Of a stretch of 64,000 nt of DNA, positions 49,577 through 58,272 are shown one piece after another. The translations under genes were made by a program, and so were the position numbers. Origin of the DNA: an uncultured bacterium (GTDB lineage Bacteria; Omnitrophota; Omnitrophia; Omnitrophales; Abzuiibacteriaceae); assembly GCA_964387845.1 (NCBI GenBank), contig CAYLXA010000001.1, positions 290,627-354,626 on the forward strand, read 5' to 3'. Under the pieces are notes generated by a model. The model saw only the letters and a list, made by a program, of their open reading frames with translations, had not been told where the DNA came from and did not search any database. Numbering within the stretch: the first letter of the stretch is position 1; each line of letters starts with the position of its first letter.

Positions 49577-52312
49577 TTAACCTGTGCTTTTCATGCCAAA
49601 AGCAATGCCATTTAGGGCTAATAAAAGCACGTCTTTTATCTGATTCTGGCGGACAGCACTTTGGTTTGTGCTCTTTTTTGATTCTTCTAAAAACCGGACT
49701 TGAAGAAAATTCAAGGGATCAACGTACGGATTCCGCAAACGAATTGACTCTTTGAGAACCGGATGAAACCCCAATAAGTCGTCTTGCCCGGTAATTTCAA
49801 GAATTTGATCACAGCTCCGCGCATACTCTTCTTTGATCCGGCCGAAAATCTCAGACCGCACGGCCTCGGAATCCACCAAAGCAGAATACCGTTCGGCAAT
49901 ATACATATCCGCTTTTGCGAGAGATACGCGCGCATTGTCAATCAACATATGAAAAAAGGGCCATTTTTGGTACATTTCGCGAAGTTCGGCCAAACCTTTT
50001 TTGCCTGACTGCTTGATCTCCGCTTCAAGTGCATAGCCGATCCCATACCAGGCCGGTAAAATAAACCTCGACTGAACCCAGCTGAATACCCACGGAATCG
50101 CGCGCAGATCTTGAAATTCCCGCGAACGCTTGCGCGATGCCGGCCGTGAGCCGATCTGCGCAATCCCAAAAAGCTGAATAGGTGTTGCGGAATAAAAGAA
50201 TTCTTTAAAACCGGGCGAATCAAAAACCAAATCGCGATAAAATCTGAGCGATGTTTGGCATAGTTCTTCCATCTTTTTCTCCCATTCGGCAATTTTACGG
50301 CTTCTTGCCCATTCATGCTTGCCGACTAAATTGGTCCAAATGACGGCAGTCGCCAGCTGCTCCAAATTTCTTTGCGCAATCATCAGGTTGGCATACTTCT
50401 GCGAAACGACTTCGCCCTGCTCCGTAATCCTGATCTTTCCGCCCACCGCCGCATACGGCTGCGCCAAAATGGCTTTATGCGACTGTCCGCCTCCGCGGTC
50501 GATGGTGCCGCCTTTGCCGTGGAAAAACCGGACGGCGACATTAAATTTCTCGGCCATTTCGACCATCCGCTTCTGTGCAAGGTACAACTTCCAATTCGCC
50601 GCAAAATATCCGCCGTCTTTGTTGCTATCCGAATAGCCGAACATGATTTCCTGCAAATTGCCTTGGCTTTGCACATAGGAACGGTAAAGCGGAAGTGAAA
50701 AAAGTTTTTGCATAATCAAATGAGCTTCTGCTAGCGATTCGATTTTTTCAAAAAGCGGCACAATCGCCAGACAGCTTTCAACGACTTTTTTGCCTTTAAC
50801 TTTGATTAAGCCCGCACGAACCGCCAAATACATAAACCCAAGAATATCTTCGGGCTTTTCAGCCATGCTTAATAAATAATTCTTCACATAAGAGCGGCCC
50901 ATTTTTTCCTGAATTTCTTTGATGAGCTCAAGCTGCCGGATGATATCTTTGGATTCGGCGGATAGCCGGCGCGCTTTTTTAAACTGCGCGTTTTTCTTCG
51001 TGATTGCGCCAATCAATTGCCCGGCGGTTGGTTCAAATCCGAAAAGCTCCTTGACCGCATGCATGATTTTCCGGCTGTCGTCCCGGAAATCCAAAGCGGC
51101 CAAATGAAAACCGAATACGCGCACCTGGCAAATTAAATTTTCTAAATCACCCGCCACCGCAAACCGGCCTTTGTTCTTCTGCAGACTTTCTTGAATAATC
51201 AAAAGATCCGCCAAGAATTCATCCGGCGATTGATACTGAACGGATTTTTGCTGATACGTGTTTGAAAGTTTTCGGTGAATAAAAGAAAGTTTTTTTCGAT
51301 AGAGTTCGCTCGACTCATATTTGTCGAGTTCGGAAGCCAACTTGGGCATCAAGCGGCGGTCGTTGGCAAGCGAAGCCAAAAAGGAACGCCCGGCGCCGAT
51401 CATTTGGTCTGATTGGCTGAATTTCAGCATCAGCGCTTCGCAAGCGTTCAGGTAGAGCGTAAAAATAAGCTCTCGGTGGCGCCTTGCGGTTTCTTCGGTC
51501 ACCTGGCAAGTCACATTGGGATTACCGTCGCGGTCGGCACCGACCCAGGAGCCAAAACGCACCAGCGGCAAATCGCTGATTTTTCCCGTTGATTCATAAA
51601 ATTCATCATGACTTTTTTGAACGATTCGATGAAAAGCCGGAATCAGGGGGAAAATGGTTTTCTCAAAGAAAAAGAGAGTTTGGTCCACTTCATCCAAAAC
51701 CGAAACTTTTTTCGTGCGGGTTGGTTTTGTCTGCCATAAAATTTCGAGCAATTCCTTGATCTTTAATGTATGAGTTTCCTTTTCGAAATTGGTAGCGTCC
51801 GGGTGATTGATTTGAGACAAGCTCGACGCGATTTCTAGAATATGGCTCAGAATGGTCCGCCGTTTGACTTCGGTCGGGTGCGCCGTTAAAACCAATTCGA
51901 TATCCAAGCGATTGACAAGCCGGCTGACTTTTCGCTCGGAAATTTTTCGCTTAGACAAATCATGAAATAGTTTCCGGACCGACATATGCTGCAGCTGATT
52001 GTGCTTATCATATGCGCGTAGGCGGCGGATTCTTTCTGCTTCTTCGGCGATATTCGCGAGCTGAAAATAAATGGTGAATGCGCGCGCGATTTTGTACGCT
52101 TCCGGCACACTGAGTGATTGAATCAGCCGCCTTTTTTTGGCAATGAACGCCGGCGCATGGCTCTTCCGGATTTGCTTCGCAAAATGCCGGATTTTCTCGA
52201 TCTTATTTAATAACGCAACCCCCTCCTGATCCCGGATCACATCGCCCAGAATTTTTCCGAGAAACCGGACATCCTGCCGCAATAGACTGTTTGACATGTT
52301 TTTATTTCTCAT
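49577..52312 (-). CDS. ppc: Phosphoenolpyruvate carboxylase
   Basis: VLTAHPTE, FHGKGGTIDRGGG, and the C-terminal ...MKSTG ending typical of PEPC. 911 aa. Confidence 0.9.
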   Translation of the reverse strand: MRNKNMSNSLLRQDVRFLGKILGDVIRDQEGVALLNKIEKIRHFAKQIRKSHAPAFIAKKRRLIQSLSVPEAYKIARAFTIYFQLANIAEEAERIRRLRAYDKHNQLQHMSVRKLFHDLSKRKISERKVSRLVNRLDIELVLTAHPTEVKRRTILSHILEIASSLSQINHPDATNFEKETHTLKIKELLEILWQTKPTRTKKVSVLDEVDQTLFFFEKTIFPLIPAFHRIVQKSHDEFYESTGKISDLPLVRFGSWVGADRDGNPNVTCQVTEETARRHRELIFTLYLNACEALMLKFSQSDQMIGAGRSFLASLANDRRLMPKLASELDKYESSELYRKKLSFIHRKLSNTYQQKSVQYQSPDEFLADLLIIQESLQKNKGRFAVAGDLENLICQVRVFGFHLAALDFRDDSRKIMHAVKELFGFEPTAGQLIGAITKKNAQFKKARRLSAESKDIIRQLELIKEIQEKMGRSYVKNYLLSMAEKPEDILGFMYLAVRAGLIKVKGKKVVESCLAIVPLFEKIESLAEAHLIMQKLFSLPLYRSYVQSQGNLQEIMFGYSDSNKDGGYFAANWKLYLAQKRMVEMAEKFNVAVRFFHGKGGTIDRGGGQSHKAILAQPYAAVGGKIRITEQGEVVSQKYANLMIAQRNLEQLATAVIWTNLVGKHEWARSRKIAEWEKKMEELCQTSLRFYRDLVFDSPGFKEFFYSATPIQLFGIAQIGSRPASRKRSREFQDLRAIPWVFSWVQSRFILPAWYGIGYALEAEIKQSGKKGLAELREMYQKWPFFHMLIDNARVSLAKADMYIAERYSALVDSEAVRSEIFGRIKEEYARSCDQILEITGQDDLLGFHPVLKESIRLRNPYVDPLNFLQVRFLEESKKSTNQSAVRQNQIKDVLLLALNGIAFGMKSTG

Positions 52313-53409
52313 AGATTAATCTTTGAACTTGGCTTGATTGAACGAATAAACAAAATGAAGATCGTCACGACTGTAATGGGTATTATAAATGCAAACATGA
52401 TAGAACTAAAGATCGGCAGAGCGTCGTGTTGTGTCGATTGAAAAAGCAAATAACAAACATACGACACATAATAGCCGAAGAAAAGAGTCCCTTCCCATCT
52501 GGCAATCAAATGACCCGTAAAAAAAATGGGAAAGCAAGCAACAGATACTGCCACCATGACAGGTATGTCAAAATTAAGCGCTGCTTTCGAAACTTGAATC
52601 CCCTCCGGAGCGAGCACAGCGGTTAAACCCACGACGGCAAGGATGTTATAAATATTCGAACCAACGATATTTCCTACCGCGATGTCACGCTCACCCCGCA
52701 ATGTAGCAACAATAGATGTAGCGATTTCAGGCAAGCCGGTGCCAATCGCGACAACCGTGAGGCCTATCACGAGCTCGCTGATTCCAAAAAGTCTGGCAAT
52801 CTGAACCGAACCATCCACAAACCATTTCGCCCCTAAAATTACGGCCAACAAACTTACAGCAATCCAGAGCAGCTTGGAAAAAATTATGGCTTTCTTGCTG
52901 TGGCTTGATGCTCTTTTTCCAAATTCCTTTTCATATTCCTCTTTGACTTGCCCAGCTTCTTTCTTGCTCATTTTTACGACAAACCAGGTATACAAAAAGA
53001 TACCAGAAATCAGCAAAATACCGTCGAAACGGCCGATCGTTCCGTCCCATGCGGCAGCAAACAAAACACAAGACACCAGAATCATAACGGGAACATCCCA
53101 GCGCACAATCTGCTGAGCTACAAATAACGGAGCAATCATGGCGCAAGTCCCTAGAATTAGCAGCACATTCGATATATTGCTTCCCACTACATTGCCGAGC
53201 GAAATATCAGATTGGCCGGAAAACCCGGTTTGAAGGCTCACAATGAGTTCGGGTGTGCTAGTTCCGTAAGCAACCACCGTTAAACCAACCAACAAAGGCG
53301 AGATTCCCAATCGAACGGCAAGTTGCGATGAATGACGAACCAAAAGCTCAGCCCCTACAATGAGCAATCCAAGTCCGCCGCTTAAATAAAACCATGTTAC
53401 GGCATTCAT
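52309..53409 (-). CDS. Ca2+/Na+ antiporter (CaCA family, YrbG-like)
   Basis: Two alpha-repeat motifs, GNVVGSNISNVLLILG and GNIVGSNIYNILAVVG. 366 aa polytopic. Confidence 0.75.
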   Translation of the reverse strand: MNAVTWFYLSGGLGLLIVGAELLVRHSSQLAVRLGISPLLVGLTVVAYGTSTPELIVSLQTGFSGQSDISLGNVVGSNISNVLLILGTCAMIAPLFVAQQIVRWDVPVMILVSCVLFAAAWDGTIGRFDGILLISGIFLYTWFVVKMSKKEAGQVKEEYEKEFGKRASSHSKKAIIFSKLLWIAVSLLAVILGAKWFVDGSVQIARLFGISELVIGLTVVAIGTGLPEIATSIVATLRGERDIAVGNIVGSNIYNILAVVGLTAVLAPEGIQVSKAALNFDIPVMVAVSVACFPIFFTGHLIARWEGTLFFGYYVSYVCYLLFQSTQHDALPIFSSIMFAFIIPITVVTIFILFIRSIKPSSKINL

Positions 53410-53412
53410 TAT

Positions 53413-54531
53413 TTATTTGCTCAATTTCGCGGCGGGAGGAGAAGAAGAAAGCCAGATAACAGCCGCAATGAAGAACCCGGTCAAGAGCAAATTCAAGGCA
53501 AGGCTCATGCCGGCCAGTGCAATGGCAGAGCCGCTAATCCCGTAGCTTAAAGCAACCAATAAAACACCTGCACCGACTTCGCCGCGAGGGAACATCGCAA
53601 CGCTTACCGCGATTCGCTCGCGGAGAGTTGCTTCTTTGCCGTAACAAAATATCGGAAAACATTTGCCCACATTTGAGAGCACCGTTAAAAGCAGGACATG
53701 GATCACGGCCATTCCGATTGTGATTTCTCCAAGCTGAACTTTGGGAAGCGAACACCCGACCAAAAACATGAAACCCGCTTTAATCGTCGGATCCACCATC
53801 GATTCTATTTGCTGAGGCAAAGTTTGGCGCGAAGCAGCTTGCGGCGCATGATGATGGCCTGCATGAGGATGATACAAAACACAACCCAGCACGAATGCCG
53901 GCAAAAGCACCTCAAGATGAACTCCGGCTACAATTTCTACAAGAGAGCAAATGGCTACTATAATGATCGAATACAACAAAATCCAAAGATTGCCCACCGG
54001 GAATTTCAAACTATGCAAATACCGGTAAGCCAGAACCAAAAGAATGACAATAACGACTATGATCGCACCGAGTTCGGGTTTTGCGCCGACAATCATGATT
54101 TTCAGCGGAATCATTAACAAAATAGTATCTAAGTCATCAAAAATTGCCAATATTCGGACTTTTCGGAAGATCCAAGTCGCACCAAGACCTGCAGCTAATA
54201 ACATCGTAAACAAAACGCCGGCTGAAGTTGGTGCCGCAAAACGCCCCGCCAGTAGAGATTCTTGCCAATCCATTCCAAAAATATATACAAAATATGCCGC
54301 GCAAAAAATCCATGGAAAAGCAGCGGCCGTGGCGGCAACCAAATAATCTGTGGCGTAGGATTTGAGATTATTTTTATCAATTGTAAATTCAAGCCCTACT
54401 TGAATCATGATGTAGGCCAGACAGGTCATCGTTACCGCGTATAACAGCCCCTGAACTTTGGCCAAATCAAGGAATTGAGATATGCCCATCCCTAATACAA
54501 GTAATAGGCTGAAAATAAAAACTTTCTTCAT
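53413..54531 (-). CDS. Cation:proton antiporter family membrane protein (Na+/H+ exchanger-like)
   Basis: 372-aa polytopic protein with FAAPTSAGV and MFPRGEVG segments. Family assignment tentative. Confidence 0.5.
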   Translation of the reverse strand: MKKVFIFSLLLVLGMGISQFLDLAKVQGLLYAVTMTCLAYIMIQVGLEFTIDKNNLKSYATDYLVAATAAAFPWIFCAAYFVYIFGMDWQESLLAGRFAAPTSAGVLFTMLLAAGLGATWIFRKVRILAIFDDLDTILLMIPLKIMIVGAKPELGAIIVVIVILLVLAYRYLHSLKFPVGNLWILLYSIIIVAICSLVEIVAGVHLEVLLPAFVLGCVLYHPHAGHHHAPQAASRQTLPQQIESMVDPTIKAGFMFLVGCSLPKVQLGEITIGMAVIHVLLLTVLSNVGKCFPIFCYGKEATLRERIAVSVAMFPRGEVGAGVLLVALSYGISGSAIALAGMSLALNLLLTGFFIAAVIWLSSSPPAAKLSK

Positions 54532-54627
54532 TGTTACCCTGTCATGATTTTTAGATTACCACGGCACAAGCCGCACAATTTATCAAATGCGCGGCGCGTC
54601 GTTACTAAAGCAAGCTTCTCAAAAAAT

Positions 54628-56412
54628 CTACGAACGAACTTTATGATAGCGGCTTCTTAATAGCAAGAGAAAAGCAACATCTGCCGCTACCACGGCGGAA
54701 ACATACCCCACACCACCGCCGCCAAAACCATAACTATGAAGCCCGGCCGCTAAGACAAAATTCACGCCGTACCAGGCCATGATCACCGTCAAAAAGCAGA
54801 CCGCGCACCAAAACGCGGTCGCGAATGAATCCAGCCAGCCGGCAGTTCGCCCATGCATAACCGCCAAATACGCAAGTAACGCAATCAAAGCCCAGGTTTC
54901 CTTCGGATCCCAGCCCCAAAACCGGCCCCATGAATAATTCGCCCAAACGCCGCCCAGGATTGTTCCGGCAGCGAGCAAAATAAGCCCAATTTGAAGCGAA
55001 CGATAAAGAAAAGTAATAAGCTCATCTAACGTTTTATTATTTTTTTTCTTAAAAGCATAGTGAAACACAACCACATGCGCGACACCCCAATTGAGCAAAA
55101 ACGCACCATAGCCGAGCGTAATCGTCAGCACATGAACTGTGAGCCAAAAATTGCTGCGCAAAACGGGAACCAAAGGCGAAATCGACTGGTCCAAAACCGC
55201 CGGTAAATTTTCGCTGATCAAGAGCGCCAGAATGGATACGGACGCTGCGATCATCGGAATCAAATAGGACCTGTAAAAAGCAAAAAGAATGAGCGAGAAA
55301 AGCACAACACTCCACGACACCCAAATGACTGACTCATACATGTTCGTCACGGGCGGACGCCCGGCGATTAAACAACGCAGCACAAAACCCAACGTATGAA
55401 CCGCAAAAGCCGCGGTAAAAAATGAGAAAGCGATTTTATTGGCGCGTTTTTTATTTCTCAGTGTCAGCCAGATCAGAAGGCTGCCTAAATAAATTGCCCA
55501 TGCCGTATGAAACGGGCGAAATTTGAGATAGAAAAGCTCGTAATGAATCAACGTCCGGTCGATGATGATGTCGCGCGATTCCAGTAATTTTGTAAGCGCA
55601 TTGGCGAAAAATGAAGCAGATACGCCGGCCATTTCGATTTTTTCATCCCGCAAGCGGCCGAGGAGAAATGAAAGTGAGTTACTCGCTTCCTTCACATTCG
55701 CCGCGGGATACATGGTTTCCAAAATGGAAATACCGTGATCGCTCGCAAGCCCCTCAAGCGGAACCCACCCCGCCTGTGGATCATCGGGATGCGGAATAAA
55801 GCCCGGCATTTCTCCGCGCCCGATAGCCTGAAACAGACGCGCTCTGCTTCCGAGTTCAATCATTGCCTTTTCGTATTCGTTTAGTTTTTCTTTTCTGTCC
55901 TGCTTAGCCCTTACTTCACCTGTTCTTGCCGTAAAATTCAAATCGGCGAGAACAAGAGAAGGTGCGATTCTATTGTTTTCCAGATCCGCGGAGAAATCCT
56001 TTCGTAACTCGGGATTTGAAACAGGTAAAATAGCCTTCGCGCTCCAAATATCGGGGGCCGCAATCCATCGCCACACCAGTTCGGTTGGCTCCATTTTTTG
56101 AAAATGTGTTTTGCCGGTCATATAGAGGACGATTTCTTTCGCGAAACTCTCAAACGGCTTGACGCGGCCGCCCTGCTGAACCGGAATTCCACCCAAAACT
56201 TCGTGCGCATTACCTTCGGATTGATTGGCAAAGGATTGGGGCGAGAAAAACATCGCCAAGAGAATGACTAAAGAAAGACTGACAATAAATTTACAATACA
56301 CCCCCTCACCCTTTCCCTCTCCCTGAGGGAGAGGGGAATTGTTTAACTCACTCCCTCTCCCGCTTGCGGGAGAGGGCTGGGGTGAGGGTTGATTATTTAG
56401 AAATTGTCTCAT
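54628..56412 (-). CDS. ccsA: Cytochrome c biogenesis protein CcsA/ResC (System II haem-handling, W-rich domain); the N-terminal 40 codons are REP-encoded and the start is ambiguous
   Basis: WGRFWGWDPKETWALIALLAYLAVMHG (WWD domain). The ATG at 56412 overlaps the ccsB stop as TAATG, suggesting translational coupling. Alternative start near GTG at 56292 or M54. Confidence 0.75.
   Translation of the reverse strand: MRQFLNNQPSPQPSPASGRGSELNNSPLPQGEGKGEGVYCKFIVSLSLVILLAMFFSPQSFANQSEGNAHEVLGGIPVQQGGRVKPFESFAKEIVLYMTGKTHFQKMEPTELVWRWIAAPDIWSAKAILPVSNPELRKDFSADLENNRIAPSLVLADLNFTARTGEVRAKQDRKEKLNEYEKAMIELGSRARLFQAIGRGEMPGFIPHPDDPQAGWVPLEGLASDHGISILETMYPAANVKEASNSLSFLLGRLRDEKIEMAGVSASFFANALTKLLESRDIIIDRTLIHYELFYLKFRPFHTAWAIYLGSLLIWLTLRNKKRANKIAFSFFTAAFAVHTLGFVLRCLIAGRPPVTNMYESVIWVSWSVVLFSLILFAFYRSYLIPMIAASVSILALLISENLPAVLDQSISPLVPVLRSNFWLTVHVLTITLGYGAFLLNWGVAHVVVFHYAFKKKNNKTLDELITFLYRSLQIGLILLAAGTILGGVWANYSWGRFWGWDPKETWALIALLAYLAVMHGRTAGWLDSFATAFWCAVCFLTVIMAWYGVNFVLAAGLHSYGFGGGGVGYVSAVVAADVAFLLLLRSRYHKVRS
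56300..56390. repeat. REP-like family 1, copy 4 (two inner hairpins inside a CCCTCACCC/GGGTGAGGG outer stem), lying in the 5' end of the ccsA ORF
   Basis: CCCTCTCCCTGAGGGAGAGGG and CCCTCTCCCGCTTGCGGGAGAGGG. Translated as ...PSPQPSPASGRGSELNNSPLPQGEGKGEG... Confidence 0.6.
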
Positions 56413-58172
56413 TAGATTTTCCTCATTTTGGGGTCACTGGTCTTAAGCGTCGAATATTGTTTTAAATAGAATAACAAAATAATTCCGACTATCATCACAA
56501 TCGAACCCGCATATTTAACCGGGATACCGGGGTCGCGCGCAACTGTAAAGACGGAAATATCCGGCTCGCCGGGCGTCACTTGATACGCAGATTGATACAC
56601 TTTGAAACTACGATGAACGAGCGGTTCATTCATCTGAATCAATTGATCGCGGCTGATTCCCTTCGCTACGTCTTTCAAAGTGACCTGGCTTTTGAAACTG
56701 GCGGGCCGGTTGGTGCCGGGATCCGTATCCATTAAAAAATCATTCAATTGAATCGTGAAGCCCAGCGGTTGCGTCTCAAGCCCATAAACAAAGTGCCAAT
56801 CATGGCCGCCTAACTGAGTCCGTTCAACCTGGCCCTGCCGAAGCCATAAATTTTGAGATTCATTTCCGTCCGATAGTTCGATTTGAATGACGCGAGTTGC
56901 GCCTGTGCGCTCTGAAGCGAGAGGAATCGGAGAAAATGAACGTTCTACTTCGGCATGATGATAAAAAGCATCAACACTGAATTTAAAATCCATCCATCCG
57001 GTTTCAATTTGTTTGCCGATTTCGACAATGCCGTCCGTAAGCAAATCGCCCTTTTTAACTTGATAGCGCGGTAAACCGTCCGGATTATAAATGAACCGAA
57101 GTTCGTTCTTTGAAGCCGCTTGATCCGCTTGGCCGGCCATTTTCATCGCAATCCGCATTCCGGAAGCGCTTGGCGCCATGCCATGCACAGTCGGAAAATC
57201 GGGAAAATTCGCGAAAATGGTATGCTGTTCGTTCAATCCATCGCCTTCCAAGATCAATTCCACCGCGGGGTTCCGCCACTCCTTGGAACGGTCAATCAAT
57301 TTGTTTTGATCTACAATCGCATCACGCAAAATACGGTTGAGCTTAGCGCGGATTTTAGTGCCTTGAAGCGTAAATGATTTTGGTTTGTCGGATTCCTTGA
57401 TCGGAACCTGAATGATTTTACCCGATTTGAGCATAAATTCTAAATGCGCAAATTCATCTCCCGATTTTTTCTTCGGTTTCTCGATGTCAATCGGTTGGCG
57501 CGCAAAATGAATGACGGCGGCACCCATGGCTAGCTGATTTTTTTCGGGATTATCCAAGAAAAGCCAATCGTTGGTTTGCGCCATCGATCCGGATAGTGAA
57601 AATTGAATGGCGGGAGACCCTTTGGCGGATTCTTTGACAGATTCTCCCAAAACCGCTTTCGGGAAATCCTGCAAAACATGGATCTGAACGGAGCTTTTCG
57701 GCTTCAATTCCAATTTCCGGCGCCCGGACCACGGAAACACGCTTGGTTTATAATGCATGACAAAATGTTCTTTCAAATCGGGAGAGAAAATTTCAAGTAT
57801 CGGATTCGCCAAAGTCATACGGCTTTCGGAATCGCCTTCCTGAATCGACACCTGCCCTTCAATCCCGAAACGCTGCGTGATCAAAGAACCAATGAGAATC
57901 AAGATGATTCCGAGATGGGTCAAAAGAAAACCGATGTGCTGCTTGCGCCACGGCCAACGGCTGATTGCGGATGCGGCTAAATTAATCGCCAGTAAAACCA
58001 AAACAATCGAAAACCAAGGAGTATAATAAATCAAGCGCTGGGCGGCTTCCGCACCGTGATACGACTCGATGAAGGTGCCGGCAGCCACAATAATCGCGAC
58101 AGTTACAATAAGCAGAACCGCGCACCAAAGCGAAGCAAAAAATTTGAATAGGTCGGACAATAGATGATTCAT
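56412..58172 (-). CDS. ccsB: Cytochrome c biogenesis protein CcsB/ResB
   Basis: N-terminal TM MNHLLSDLFKFFASLWCAVLLIVTVAIIVAAG, a large periplasmic domain, then a C-terminal TM. Immediately upstream of ccsA. Confidence 0.7.
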   Translation of the reverse strand: MNHLLSDLFKFFASLWCAVLLIVTVAIIVAAGTFIESYHGAEAAQRLIYYTPWFSIVLVLLAINLAASAISRWPWRKQHIGFLLTHLGIILILIGSLITQRFGIEGQVSIQEGDSESRMTLANPILEIFSPDLKEHFVMHYKPSVFPWSGRRKLELKPKSSVQIHVLQDFPKAVLGESVKESAKGSPAIQFSLSGSMAQTNDWLFLDNPEKNQLAMGAAVIHFARQPIDIEKPKKKSGDEFAHLEFMLKSGKIIQVPIKESDKPKSFTLQGTKIRAKLNRILRDAIVDQNKLIDRSKEWRNPAVELILEGDGLNEQHTIFANFPDFPTVHGMAPSASGMRIAMKMAGQADQAASKNELRFIYNPDGLPRYQVKKGDLLTDGIVEIGKQIETGWMDFKFSVDAFYHHAEVERSFSPIPLASERTGATRVIQIELSDGNESQNLWLRQGQVERTQLGGHDWHFVYGLETQPLGFTIQLNDFLMDTDPGTNRPASFKSQVTLKDVAKGISRDQLIQMNEPLVHRSFKVYQSAYQVTPGEPDISVFTVARDPGIPVKYAGSIVMIVGIILLFYLKQYSTLKTSDPKMRKI

Positions 58173-58272
58173 AACAGTTTAAGATAAGGGGTAATTATAC
58201 ATGATTGGCATAGCACACGTCATTAGAAACCGAAATTAGTTTAAGCGGGAATTAATTAGACTGATTGAAGAA

